From contig OZ245838.1 of NCBI GenBank assembly GCA_965228735.1, positions 4,032,001 to 4,096,000 of the forward strand: 64,000 bases of DNA. The letters are read 5' to 3'. Of this stretch, positions 56,101 through 64,000 are shown in pieces. The stretch is from Planctomycetota bacterium. Lineage in GTDB: Bacteria > Planctomycetota > UBA1135 > UBA2386. The translations under genes were made by a program, and so were the position numbers. The number at the start of each line of letters is the position of its first letter. Position 1 is the first letter of the stretch. Below the pieces are notes generated by a model. It had not been told where the DNA came from. It saw only the letters and a program-made list of their open reading frames with translations, and ran no database searches.

Positions 56101-56641
56101 CGGCGAGCTTGACCTGCAGGATGTCCTGGCACGTTTCGATGTTGAGGCAGTCGACGCCGCCCGCGATCAGGCCCTTGGCGTAGACCTTGTAGGCCTCGAA
56201 CAGCTCGTCGCCGGTGATGTGACCGAGCGTCACGAGCTTGGTCCCCGGCCCCATCGAGCCCGACACGAATCGCGGCCGCTCGGGGGTCGAGAAGCGATCC
56301 GCCGATTCGCGCGCGACCCTGGCCGCCATCTCGTTGAGCTCGAACGCCCGGCTGCCGAGGTCGAACTCGTCGAGCACGTAGGGCATGCCGCCGAACGAGT
56401 CGGTCTCGACGACGTCGGCGCCGGCCTCGAAATAGCGATCGTGGATCGCGCCGATCACGTCGGGGCGGGTCTCGACGAGGATCTCGTTGCAGCCTTCGAG
56501 GTTCTTGAAGTCGTCGAGCGTCAGGTCCGCGGACTGGATCTGCGTCCCCATCGCGCCATCGAAGACGAGAACGCGATCGCGCATCACACGCAGGATGGGG
56601 AAGCGCTCGATGCGCTCTCTGGGGTCGAATCGTGCCGTCAT
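53120..56641 (-). CDS. metH: Cobalamin-dependent methionine synthase
   Basis: DGAMGT, LNCATGP, PNAGLP, GGCCGT, GERTNANGSKKF, LPFVLQSAE, GDVHDIGKN, RYSFGYPACP, PEQSTSA; ATG 56641. Confidence 0.98.
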   Translation of the reverse strand: MTARFDPRERIERFPILRVMRDRVLVFDGAMGTQIQSADLTLDDFKNLEGCNEILVETRPDVIGAIHDRYFEAGADVVETDSFGGMPYVLDEFDLGSRAFELNEMAARVARESADRFSTPERPRFVSGSMGPGTKLVTLGHITGDELFEAYKVYAKGLIAGGVDCLNIETCQDILQVKLAVIAARDAMAELGREVPIFCTVTIETTGTMLVGTDIQGAVTTLEALPVDVVGLNCATGPDLMQESVRYLGKSTTRQIMVMPNAGLPRNVGGQAVYDLTPEELARFQAKFVEEFGIAVIGGCCGTTIEHVEAMAKAVEGMKAAERPTDFEPQVASLFHSMPLDQDSGPLLVGERTNANGSKKFRELMLEGDVEGMLAMGKEQMKEGAHVLDVCTAYVGRDETADMLGLLRPMVQQVTLPIMIDSTQLDVVEAALKVVPGRAIINSINLEDGEGKADELCRLARRYGAMFVALTIDEEGMAKTADQKLAVARRLYDIVVNRHGLQPGDLLFDPLTFTIGSGDEASRDAGVQTLEGIKLIKENIPGVRTILGLSNISFGLDPYPRQILNSVYMAEALQHGLDAAIVHASKIVPMHKLDEDDRKVTLDLIYDRRTDDYDPLFKFIERFAGQKRADLGGGVDEDSLPVEERLEKRIIDGNKIGIGKHLDEALKKYKPLEIINEILLDGMKVVGDLFGRGEMQLPFVLQSAEAMKAAVAHLEPHMEKVEGEEKGTMVLATVRGDVHDIGKNLVDIVVSNNGYRVVNLGIKVPVEQILESARESKAQAIGMSGLLVKSTAIMKENLEIMTQRGIETPVVCGGAALNRHFVENDLRDAYGTGPVYYGKDAFSGLHIMDELTGRSKAKTLTQAPSDPNKRVTSHRRLTRAEKEKMLEHAFTEYADSGVEPAVTIPEAPFWGAQVVGPDELDLGTVLQYVNKKALYRLQWQYKKGKRSDEDYEAFIQSTVEPRFRELVKRVREEKVLQPRVVYGYWPCFSDKNAVVVLDPNDRARELCRFEFPRQPGGRRLCLSDFFRGKESGEHDIIGLSLVTMGAVATTESERLFKENRYDEYLHFHGLSVEGAEALAEYWHKRIRQQLRIAHEDAADIDDLFKQKYQGSRYSFGYPACPNIEDQDKLLMLLEASRIGVSLSEEFQLVPEQSTSAVICHHPAAKYFNVSVTR

Positions 56642-56790
56642 TGCCGCCTGGCCGAACGAGCATAGCGACGGCGACAAGCCAGCAAACGGCAATCGTGGGT
56701 AACGGGCGGCGGCGGCACCTACCGCGCCACCGTCCGAATTTCGACCCGCCGGCAATCGTACGCCCGCGCAGATCGCCGGCGCGCCGCCGC

Positions 56791-58752
56791 CTACTTCGTC
56801 GGCATCACGATACCGATGCGCTGCGGCTCGGCCGTGATCACGGTCGAGATGTACGCCGTGCCGCGATCCTTGCTCGTCACCCAGAGCTCCAACGGCCCGA
56901 GTGGCAGTCTTCGTATCGGGCCATCGGGCACGTCGACGGTGCGATCGGCGTACGTCACCTCCGCGCCGATCTCGTCGCCGTCGGCGTCGGTGACCGCGAT
57001 CGTGAGCTGGCCCGTCGGCGCCGTGAACCGCCACGGGCCATCACCCTCGATCGGGAAGCGCACGGCCTGATTGCCGGTCTCGTCACCGCGCAGTTCGACG
57101 ACGTCGCCGGCCATGAGGTCGGGCCCGCGCCAGTCACCGGCATCGCCGAGCTCGAACTTCATCCACCGATCCGGCCCCTGGAAGCCGGCGCGCGCCCAGC
57201 GGACCTTCGCACGTTTGCACGGCCCGGCAGCATCCGAGATCACGAGCTGCGGCGCCGTGCCCAGCGCCAGATCGCCGAGCGCCACGACGCGATCGTCGCC
57301 GCGCAGCGGCAAGGTCACGAACACCAGGCGATGCACGAGCCCCGGTGTCGCCGGCGCGATCTCGAGCATCGCCTTCCCCGTACGCGTCGCCGTGAGCTCG
57401 AACCGACCATCGGGGCACTGCGTGTATGCGTCCCCCTCGTCGTCGTCGCCGCGACCCCAGCCCCGAACCCAGCGCACCTGTGCCGCGATCAGAGCGCCGC
57501 TGCCATCGACGATCCGACCGGTCACCCGGGTCGGCGGCCACGGCCGCAGCTCGACCGCGCCGTCGAACAATTCCTGCACGTCGGCGAACGCGAACGTGCG
57601 CTGACCCGCCCAGCCGTCCTCGTGCAACGGCCGGCACGTCAGAGCGAACGGCCCGGTGGCCGGCACCTCGACGCTGCCGTCCTCGACGTCGAACCGCTTG
57701 TCGAACCCGGGTGCCGTGGCGAACGCGCTGACCTTGGTCGGGTCGACACCCTCGGCAAACGCGACCCGGACGAGGCGCAACTCCGGCAACGGCAGCACCG
57801 CGGGCGGCTTGCCGTCCGGGCCTTCGACCGTTCCTTCGTGCGGATCGTCACCGCGCGGGTCCGGCAGCCGCAGCGTGATGGGATAGACGGCGCGGTCGGG
57901 CGTGCTGAACCACACGCCGTGGCCGAAACGTGTGCGCACATGGTTCGCGCCGATGTCGGGGTCGGCGCCGAGCAGCGTGAACGTGCCGTCCAACGCCGTT
58001 CTGGCCCACGGTCCGCGATGCACATCGGGCGCCGCGACGTGCGCACCGGCGACGGGCGCTCCGAGGTGATCGACGACCTTGCCGGTCAGCGCGTACGACC
58101 AGTCGCAATCGACGATGACCGGCGGGTCCCCCGGACGCCAGTCGATGCAGTGATAGCCGAGCCCGAGGCCTGCACGCTGCACGTAGACGTCACGGATGTG
58201 ATTGTAGGGATCGACGCCGCGCAGGATCGCGATCCCGTCCTCACCGGTCGTCGCGTTCACGAGGTCCGGGGTATGACCGCAACCGCCGCAGTAACCGACG
58301 AACGCGCCTTTGGCCGGACGCTTCTGCCAGTCGCGCACGAGGATCGGCACGTCGAACGGGCGATTGAGCCGCCAATTCTCGTACTCACCGCCCGAGCGAC
58401 TGCACACGCCGTAGTCGGGGTGCTTGACGATCTGCTCGTCGATATCGCCGCCGATCTTGCCGATGGGGACGTCGATGAGCCCGTCGTCGTCGGACGTGGC
58501 CTTCGCGAGGTACCAGAAGTCGCCGGCTATCGGCGTCTTCGACTCGCGCAGGAAGAACACCTCGGCGCCTGCGACCGGCGCACCGGTCAGATCGTCGAGC
58601 ACTCGGAAGCAGAGCCAGTCGGGCCGGTAGAACTGCCCCGGTACGCGGTCCTCGGAGAGTTCGACGCGCGCCTGAGCAACCAGCCCGGATCCGAGTGTGG
58701 CGAGGGCGATGGCAGAGCTGACTCGCAGGGAGGACAGGTTCACGTTCACCAC
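56791..58752 (-). CDS. Secreted protein with carboxypeptidase-regulatory-like beta-sandwich repeats
   Basis: Signal peptide; TGAPVAGAEV, TGKVVDHLGAPVAGA, DGTFTL, TGRIVDGSG; CGGCGH motif. Start is one of GTG 58752/58749/58743. Confidence 0.75.
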   Translation of the reverse strand: MVNVNLSSLRVSSAIALATLGSGLVAQARVELSEDRVPGQFYRPDWLCFRVLDDLTGAPVAGAEVFFLRESKTPIAGDFWYLAKATSDDDGLIDVPIGKIGGDIDEQIVKHPDYGVCSRSGGEYENWRLNRPFDVPILVRDWQKRPAKGAFVGYCGGCGHTPDLVNATTGEDGIAILRGVDPYNHIRDVYVQRAGLGLGYHCIDWRPGDPPVIVDCDWSYALTGKVVDHLGAPVAGAHVAAPDVHRGPWARTALDGTFTLLGADPDIGANHVRTRFGHGVWFSTPDRAVYPITLRLPDPRGDDPHEGTVEGPDGKPPAVLPLPELRLVRVAFAEGVDPTKVSAFATAPGFDKRFDVEDGSVEVPATGPFALTCRPLHEDGWAGQRTFAFADVQELFDGAVELRPWPPTRVTGRIVDGSGALIAAQVRWVRGWGRGDDDEGDAYTQCPDGRFELTATRTGKAMLEIAPATPGLVHRLVFVTLPLRGDDRVVALGDLALGTAPQLVISDAAGPCKRAKVRWARAGFQGPDRWMKFELGDAGDWRGPDLMAGDVVELRGDETGNQAVRFPIEGDGPWRFTAPTGQLTIAVTDADGDEIGAEVTYADRTVDVPDGPIRRLPLGPLELWVTSKDRGTAYISTVITAEPQRIGIVMPTK

Positions 58753-58761
58753 GGTATCACG

Positions 58762-58776
58762 GCAACCCCCGTGCCA
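58762..58776 (-). promoter_or_regulatory. sigma54 -24/-12 promoter
   Basis: Minus strand TGGCAC-GGGGG-TTGC in the 52-bp intergenic gap. Confidence 0.6.
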
Positions 58777-58804
58777 AGCTGCCGCCCCGAACCGCCGCGT
58801 CGGG

Positions 58805-59377
58805 CTATCGGGCGAGCCAGGTGTCGACCACCTTGCCGAGCTGCTGACGCAGCAGCGCCTTGCTGCGATGCACGCGCACCTGCAGCGTGTTCGGGCTCGC
58901 CTCGCAGAGCTCGCTCATCTCCGCGTAGGACAGCCCTTCGACGTGGAACAGCACGAACGCCTCGCGCATCACGATCGGCAGCCGGTCGATCGCGAGCGCG
59001 AGCTGCGCCGCGGACTCGCGCCGGACGATCGAGCTGAGGGCCGAACGCGAACGGTCGGGCACGCTGCAAAGCGCCGCGTCGCCCTCGTGCGTGCGGCGCA
59101 CCTCGTCGCGCAGGAAGTTGCGGCACCGGTTGACCGCGATCGCGAGCAGCCAGCTCGCGAACCGCGCCGGGTCCTGCAGTTGTCCGATCTTCTCGAAGCC
59201 CGACCGCAGTGCGTCCTGCGCGACGTCGTCCGCGATGGCGTCGTCGCCGGTCATCACGACGAGGTAGCGCGCGAGCCGTTCGCGCTGGGTAGCGAACAGG
59301 CTCTCGAACGCGGCGCGGTCACCGCTCTGCGCGCGGCGAACCAGCTCGAGGTCGACGGGTTCGTCACTCGACGCCAC
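58805..59377 (-). CDS. ECF sigma-70 factor
   Basis: DLELVRRAQSGDRAAFESL, ADDVAQD, FASWLLAIAVNRC, LP..REAFVL..VEGLSYAE, VRVHRSKALL; GGAGG RBS. Confidence 0.94.
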   Translation of the reverse strand: MASSDEPVDLELVRRAQSGDRAAFESLFATQRERLARYLVVMTGDDAIADDVAQDALRSGFEKIGQLQDPARFASWLLAIAVNRCRNFLRDEVRRTHEGDAALCSVPDRSRSALSSIVRRESAAQLALAIDRLPIVMREAFVLFHVEGLSYAEMSELCEASPNTLQVRVHRSKALLRQQLGKVVDTWLAR

Positions 59378-61475
59378 CGCAGACCTCCTGTTCCCAGTCC
59401 AGCCGAAACTCCGGCACGTGCAACAGGCGCCACGGATCGACGCCGAAGTCCGGTTCGATCCCGGCCCGCAGCAGCGCGGCCATGGCCTCGAACGAACGGA
59501 GGTCGACGCTCGCCGCCTCTAGCGCCGCGCGCAACTCGGCCGGCGACTCCCAGTATCCCGGTGGCGCCGTCAGCGCGGCCGGCCGATACACCGGCTCGTC
59601 GTTCAACCTGTGCTGCAGTTCGCCCGCGACCGGCACCTCCACCGGGTCGCAACCAGCAAGCAGACGCAAGAGTCGCGCGCGCTCGGCGGAATCGATCGCC
59701 ACGCCGGATCGCCCGGACTGCCAGCGCCGGAGCCCGGCGAGCCACACGACGGCCGCCTCGCCCGCGCCGTGGAGCCACGCCATCTCGGCATCGCTCGACA
59801 GCCCGTTCGGGTCGACCGCGTCCGCCGCGAGCATGCGCAGCAGCCAGTGGTCAGGGCCCGAGGACGGCATGCGACGAGCGCGGTCGCGCAGCAGCAGGCG
59901 TCGCTCCGCGCGGCTCGCGAACCGCAGGCGCAGCACGCTCACGACCTCGGGCGCCGCATCGGCGTAATCGGCTCGCGCCGTGACGCGCCGCAGCACGGTC
60001 GCGTCCCAGCAGGCGAGGTGCGCGGCCAGGAGGTCGCGGGTCGGCAGCAGGGCGGTCTGGACTGGGGTCGGCGCCACGTGCGCGGACTTGAACCCGTCGA
60101 GCACGCCCTGCGCCGTCACGGCGTCCCCCACCGAGAGCAGCGCACCGACGTCGGGGCCCGCCGATGCACGATCCGCCCCGGGGTCCGCCCGGCCGAAGAG
60201 CCGCAGTCGGCGGCGCTCGTCGCAGTCGCTCCATGCCGCCGGTACGCCGATGACCCGCGGCAGCGCGCGATACGCCACGAGCCAGGCAAGGCGGGCGTGG
60301 GCCATCGCGTCGGACGTCCCCGCGGCTTCGAAGTCCGCGATCGCGGCGAAGAACTCGCCGCGGTGCCAGCGCGCCATCCCGCGTTCGAACGCCGTCGGCG
60401 GCGCCGCGACGACGGGATCCACCCGCGTCGGCGCTTCACCTTCGCGTGCCGTCGACGTCGCCATCACGATCGCAACTGCGGCCACCGCCAGGCCCAGGCC
60501 GGCGAACACCAACGGCCAACGCGCCGCCTTCGGCGCGGCCGGTTCGATCGCGGCGCGGAGCTGCTCGCCGAACGCGGCCGCGGACGGCTGCCGCGAACCC
60601 CGGTCCTTCTGCAGCGCGGTCGCGATCACGCGATCCAGCGACTTTGGCACGTCAGATCGAACCTCGGACACCGGGCGCGGCACGAGCGACTCGACGAGCT
60701 TGAGCTCGGCGAACAGGTTGGCACCGGCGAACGGGTTCTTGCCCGTGAGCAGTTCGTAGAGCACGACGCCGAGCGCGTGCACGTCGGCGCGTTCGTCGAT
60801 CTCGTCGCCGGCGTCGAGGATCTGCTCGGGCGCCATGTACTGCGGCGTGCCAAGGATCTCGCCCGTGCGCGTGACCGGCGCCTCGGCGCCGCCGTCGCGG
60901 GCGCGCGCGATGCCGAAGTCGAGAACGCGCACGCGGCCGTCCTCGGCCCGCAGCACGTTCTCCGGCTTGATGTCACGGTGGAGAACGCCGTGGGCATGGG
61001 CCGCGGCCAGCACGTCCGCGATACCGACAGCCAGTCGCACGGCCTCACCCACCGGCAACGGCCCCTCCGCCAGCAACGCGCGCAGACTCTGACCCGGAAC
61101 GTACTCGAGCACGAGATACGGCCGGTCCTCGAGCACGTCGCAATCGAGCACGCGCACGACGCCCGGGTGGTCGATCGCCGCCTGCAGCCGCGCCTCACGC
61201 GCGAACCGCTCGCGCATCGCCGTCGCGTCCTCGCCCGACGGCGGCGGCATGATCTTGATCGCGACGCGGGTGCCGAGGTCCTGGTGATGCGCGAGGTAGA
61301 CCTCGGCCATGCCGCCCGCCGCGATCGGCCGGTCGAGCACGAACTCGCCGATCCGTTCGGGCACCGGCCGGCCGTCGCAGTGCGGACACGTGGGCGGCAT
61401 CCCGCCGATGTCCGCGAGCGTGAGCGTTCGCCCGCAGCCGCCGCAGCGGATCTGCATGCCCGGAGCCGCCGTCAT
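59364..61475 (-). CDS. Membrane Ser/Thr protein kinase with N-terminal Zn ribbon
   Basis: CGGC..CPHC; GGMAEVY, VAIK, HRDIKPEN, DFGIA, GTPQYMAPEQ; TM; helical/TPR-like C-terminus. Confidence 0.93.
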   Translation of the reverse strand: MTAAPGMQIRCGGCGRTLTLADIGGMPPTCPHCDGRPVPERIGEFVLDRPIAAGGMAEVYLAHHQDLGTRVAIKIMPPPSGEDATAMRERFAREARLQAAIDHPGVVRVLDCDVLEDRPYLVLEYVPGQSLRALLAEGPLPVGEAVRLAVGIADVLAAAHAHGVLHRDIKPENVLRAEDGRVRVLDFGIARARDGGAEAPVTRTGEILGTPQYMAPEQILDAGDEIDERADVHALGVVLYELLTGKNPFAGANLFAELKLVESLVPRPVSEVRSDVPKSLDRVIATALQKDRGSRQPSAAAFGEQLRAAIEPAAPKAARWPLVFAGLGLAVAAVAIVMATSTAREGEAPTRVDPVVAAPPTAFERGMARWHRGEFFAAIADFEAAGTSDAMAHARLAWLVAYRALPRVIGVPAAWSDCDERRRLRLFGRADPGADRASAGPDVGALLSVGDAVTAQGVLDGFKSAHVAPTPVQTALLPTRDLLAAHLACWDATVLRRVTARADYADAAPEVVSVLRLRFASRAERRLLLRDRARRMPSSGPDHWLLRMLAADAVDPNGLSSDAEMAWLHGAGEAAVVWLAGLRRWQSGRSGVAIDSAERARLLRLLAGCDPVEVPVAGELQHRLNDEPVYRPAALTAPPGYWESPAELRAALEAASVDLRSFEAMAALLRAGIEPDFGVDPWRLLHVPEFRLDWEQEVCGGVE

Positions 61476-62861
61476 CTACATGTCCCGGAAGCGGTCGACG
61501 TAGCGCCGCAACACGCGACTGTAGTCGGTGGCCATGGCGCGCACGCGCGCGACGTCCCGGTCGTCGTCGGTCTCGAACTCGCGCCGCGCGAACGCGAGCG
61601 CGTCCTGCAGCGCGCGATCGGCCGCGGCCCACTGCCGGCGCTGCCCGTGCTTCGCCATCTCGTGCATGCCCTCGGCCAGAACGGCGATCGTGTAGTTCTT
61701 GCGCACCTCGGGGTCGCGCTGCGGCCGGCCGCCCTCGGACACGAACCGCAGCTCATCGAGTGCCGCGACCGAGTTGGTCGACGCGCCGCTGCGATAGCTC
61801 AGCGTGGCACGAACATCGGCCATGCGCTCGCCCGCCCTCGCCTTGCCGCGCACCCGGCAGACCGCCAGCACCACGCCCGTGGCACCCCGGTTGAGGTTCG
61901 GCAGCTCGACGATGTAGCGCCCTTCGTGACCCTCGACGTCGTGGCCGATCACGCGCTCGAGGCGCAGACCGTCCGGCAACTCGAACCGCAGATCGACGCG
62001 TCGTGCGACGGGCGCGACGAGGGCCTCGTGCTCGTCGACGAAGACCTTCTGCACGTCCTGCCCGTCGGCGACGTAGTGGAACAGCCCGCGGCCACCGCGC
62101 GCGAGCCGGTCGAGCAACGCGACGTCGAGGTTGCGGCCGACTCCGATCGTCGACAGGTCGATCTCGCCCTCGGTCGTGAAGCCCGACGCCGCCGCGAGGA
62201 TGCGCTCGGGATCCGTCTCGCCGCGGTTGGCGATCCCGTCGGTCAAGAGCAGCACCCGGTTGCTCGACGACGGTCGCGCCGCCCGGCTGACTTCCTGCAA
62301 ACCGAGCATCAACCCGCCGTGCAGATTGGTCGCGCCGCCCGGCTCGAGGCGCGCGATCGCGTCCTGCAGCCAGCGCCCGTCACCGAGCTCGCGACCGGCG
62401 GCATCGAGGCGCGCCTCGCTGTCGTACGACACGAGGGCTACGCGATCGTGCGGTCGCAGCCGATCCACGAACGCGCGCAGTGCGGCCTTGACCTGTCGCA
62501 TCTTCCCGGCCTCCTCCATCGACCCGCTGCGGTCGATGACGAGCGCGAGGTTCAGCGGCGGCAGGTCGGCGCGGTCGTCGCCCGGCGCGGTCGTGTAGCC
62601 GAACTGCACGACGACCTCGTCGCCGGGACCGAGCACGCGGCTGCTCGCGCGCACGTCGAGCATCACGCTCTCGTCTGCACGCGGCAGCGGCAGCCGGTGG
62701 CGGTGGTAGTTGACGATGTCCGCGACGGCCACCTCGAGCGGCGTCGGCAGCTTGCCGAGGGCGGCGGCTTCCCGGGTGCGGGCGTGGCCGAACGAGGAAC
62801 CCGCGTCCTGCGCAAGCAGGCTGGACAGCAGGGACAACGACGAAACCAAGATCTGGCGCAT
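61476..62861 (-). CDS. Exported von Willebrand A domain protein (YfbK-like)
   Basis: Signal peptide; LP.P..V.V..IVNY, PLNLALVIDRSGSM (MIDAS), GATNL, LLTDGIAN, STIGVG. Confidence 0.9.
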   Translation of the reverse strand: MRQILVSSLSLLSSLLAQDAGSSFGHARTREAAALGKLPTPLEVAVADIVNYHRHRLPLPRADESVMLDVRASSRVLGPGDEVVVQFGYTTAPGDDRADLPPLNLALVIDRSGSMEEAGKMRQVKAALRAFVDRLRPHDRVALVSYDSEARLDAAGRELGDGRWLQDAIARLEPGGATNLHGGLMLGLQEVSRAARPSSSNRVLLLTDGIANRGETDPERILAAASGFTTEGEIDLSTIGVGRNLDVALLDRLARGGRGLFHYVADGQDVQKVFVDEHEALVAPVARRVDLRFELPDGLRLERVIGHDVEGHEGRYIVELPNLNRGATGVVLAVCRVRGKARAGERMADVRATLSYRSGASTNSVAALDELRFVSEGGRPQRDPEVRKNYTIAVLAEGMHEMAKHGQRRQWAAADRALQDALAFARREFETDDDRDVARVRAMATDYSRVLRRYVDRFRDM

Positions 62862-62912
62862 GTGGTCTACTCCGGTCAAGAACGACCGAGAGAACCGGGT
62901 GCGCCCGAGACC

Positions 62913-63335
62913 TTACCGCAAACTCTCGATTCGGCCCGCGGCGTCCACGATCTGGGTGATCCGGAGACCGTAGGCGTCGTCCACGAGCACGACCTCGCCG
63001 CGGGCGACGAGCTTGCCGTTCACCCGCAGATCGACCGGCTCCTCGCTCTTCTTGTCGAGCGCGATCACGCTGCCGGGCACGAGCTTGAGCACGTCCTCGA
63101 GGCACATCTCCGTGCGACCGACCTCCACCGAGATCGGAATCTCGACATCCAACAGCAGGTCGAGGTTCTTGTTGGCCTCGCCCTGGGAGCCGTTGCCGAG
63201 TTGACCGAAGGCGACCGGCTGAACCGCCGCTTCCGCGAACTCGGCCGCGGCGTTGGCGACTTCACCTTCGCTCCAGCTGCCGCTGCCTTCGCCGTCGCCG
63301 CTGGCGCCGGTGTTGCTGTCATTGGGGTCGGTCAT
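62913..63335 (-). CDS. fliN: Flagellar motor switch protein FliN
   Basis: NLDLLLDVEIPISVEVGRT, GSVIALDK, VNGKLVARGEVV..YGLRITQI. Confidence 0.95.
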   Translation of the reverse strand: MTDPNDSNTGASGDGEGSGSWSEGEVANAAAEFAEAAVQPVAFGQLGNGSQGEANKNLDLLLDVEIPISVEVGRTEMCLEDVLKLVPGSVIALDKKSEEPVDLRVNGKLVARGEVVLVDDAYGLRITQIVDAAGRIESLR

Positions 63336-63350
63336 GCGTCCTGGGTTCGT

Positions 63351-64000
63351 CTAACCGTCGATGACATCGGCAACCTGGAGCCCGATTCTGTTGCCAATCC
63401 GCCCGACATGGGCCCGGAACTTCGGCTTGCCCTGGACCGGGACCGTCGCCAGCTGCCCGAGACGGCGCTCGAGCGGGATCACGTCACCGGGCTGCAGGTC
63501 CAGCATCTGCCGCAGCCGAATCCGGGCTTCCCCCAGCTCGCCAGCCAGGTGGATCGGCACCCGCCGCAGCGTCGACGCCAGGGTCTCCTGCATCGCCCCG
63601 ACCTCGACCGTGGCCGTTCGGTCGCGCGTGAAACTCTCGATCATCGGCTCGATCGACGAGAACGGAATCGTCAGTCGGAGATCGCCGATGAGGAAGTCGC
63701 CTGCGACCTGGAAGTAGACCGTCATCACGACGTCCTGCGACGGCAGGATCTGCGCGAACGAAGGATTGCAGAACCGCTTCTCGATCTTCCACTCGAGCTG
63801 CACGACTTCCCGCAGACTCTCGACGATCCGGTCGAGACACGGACCGATCAGCGCCTCGGCAACCGTGTATTCCGCGGCCGTGAAGTCATCAGGGATTCGA
63901 GCGACCTTGCCCGAACCACCGAGGATGCGGTCCACCGCCCCGTAGAGCAGACTCGTACTGGCGGTCAGCAGGCATGGGAACTCGAACGGCTTCAGCTCGA
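63351..64000 (-). CDS. fliM: Flagellar motor switch protein FliM (5' part outside window)
   Basis: VDRILGGSG, FTAAE, NPSFAQI, IPFSSIEP, LQPGDVI, VQGKPKF; frame open to the window end; directly upstream of fliN. Confidence 0.92.
   Translation of the reverse strand, partial: ELKPFEFPCLLTASTSLLYGAVDRILGGSGKVARIPDDFTAAEYTVAEALIGPCLDRIVESLREVVQLEWKIEKRFCNPSFAQILPSQDVVMTVYFQVAGDFLIGDLRLTIPFSSIEPMIESFTRDRTATVEVGAMQETLASTLRRVPIHLAGELGEARIRLRQMLDLQPGDVIPLERRLGQLATVPVQGKPKFRAHVGRIGNRIGLQVADVIDG

Noticed and set aside
49159..56665. Very long ORFs 49159..52917 (-) and 53360..56665 (+)
   Set aside because: Antisense shadows of LysR, the beta-sandwich protein and metH; no recognisable domains.
56642..56790. 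SAM or cobalamin riboswitch upstream of metH
   Set aside because: No conserved core recognised, and a -10-like box sits only 17 nt from the start. An Rfam scan would be decisive.
58270..58295. CGGCGH as a c-type heme site
   Set aside because: Spacing is CxxCxH, not CxxCH.
1..64000. CRISPR arrays, rRNA, tRNA, prophage or recognisable defence genes
   Set aside because: None seen by eye; intergenic gaps are mostly too short. A tRNAscan-SE/Infernal run would confirm.

Overview
Very GC-rich, densely coding bacterial chromosomal window. The lineage looks Planctomycetota-like, but that is an inference from gene content (Tat-exported Gfo/Idh/MocA enzyme, ECF sigma/Ser-Thr kinase pairing, large secreted beta-sandwich proteins). 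From left to right it holds: (1) a type IV filament locus with an MshL-like secretin fused to TPRs (cut by the window edge), MshK/PilP-, PilO- and fused PilM-PilN-like proteins, three GspG-type pilins (two with duplicated heads), a PilC/GspF platform and a divergent PilB/GspE ATPase, with back-to-back sigma28-like promoters; (2) leuS; (3) a complete ~1.2 kb IS1-family-like element with terminal inverted repeats, a target duplication and an apparent D-D-N triad; (4) mixed housekeeping and accessory genes; (5) an ECF sigma / membrane anti-sigma / barrel-less secretin-N-domain operon; (6) a TPR-AAA ATPase followed by three tandem TPR-membrane paralogs; (7) an MBOAT + SGNH O-acyltransferase pair; (8) an Hsp20 with a sigma54 promoter; (9) an aas-like MFS-PlsC-acyl-ACP synthetase fusion opposite a LysR gene; (10) metH; (11) a vWA / Zn-ribbon Ser-Thr kinase / ECF sigma module directly downstream of fliM-fliN. 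Many first genes of transcription units look leaderless. I saw no rRNA, tRNA or CRISPR array. All family calls come from motif recognition by eye, no searches were run, and start codons were chosen manually.
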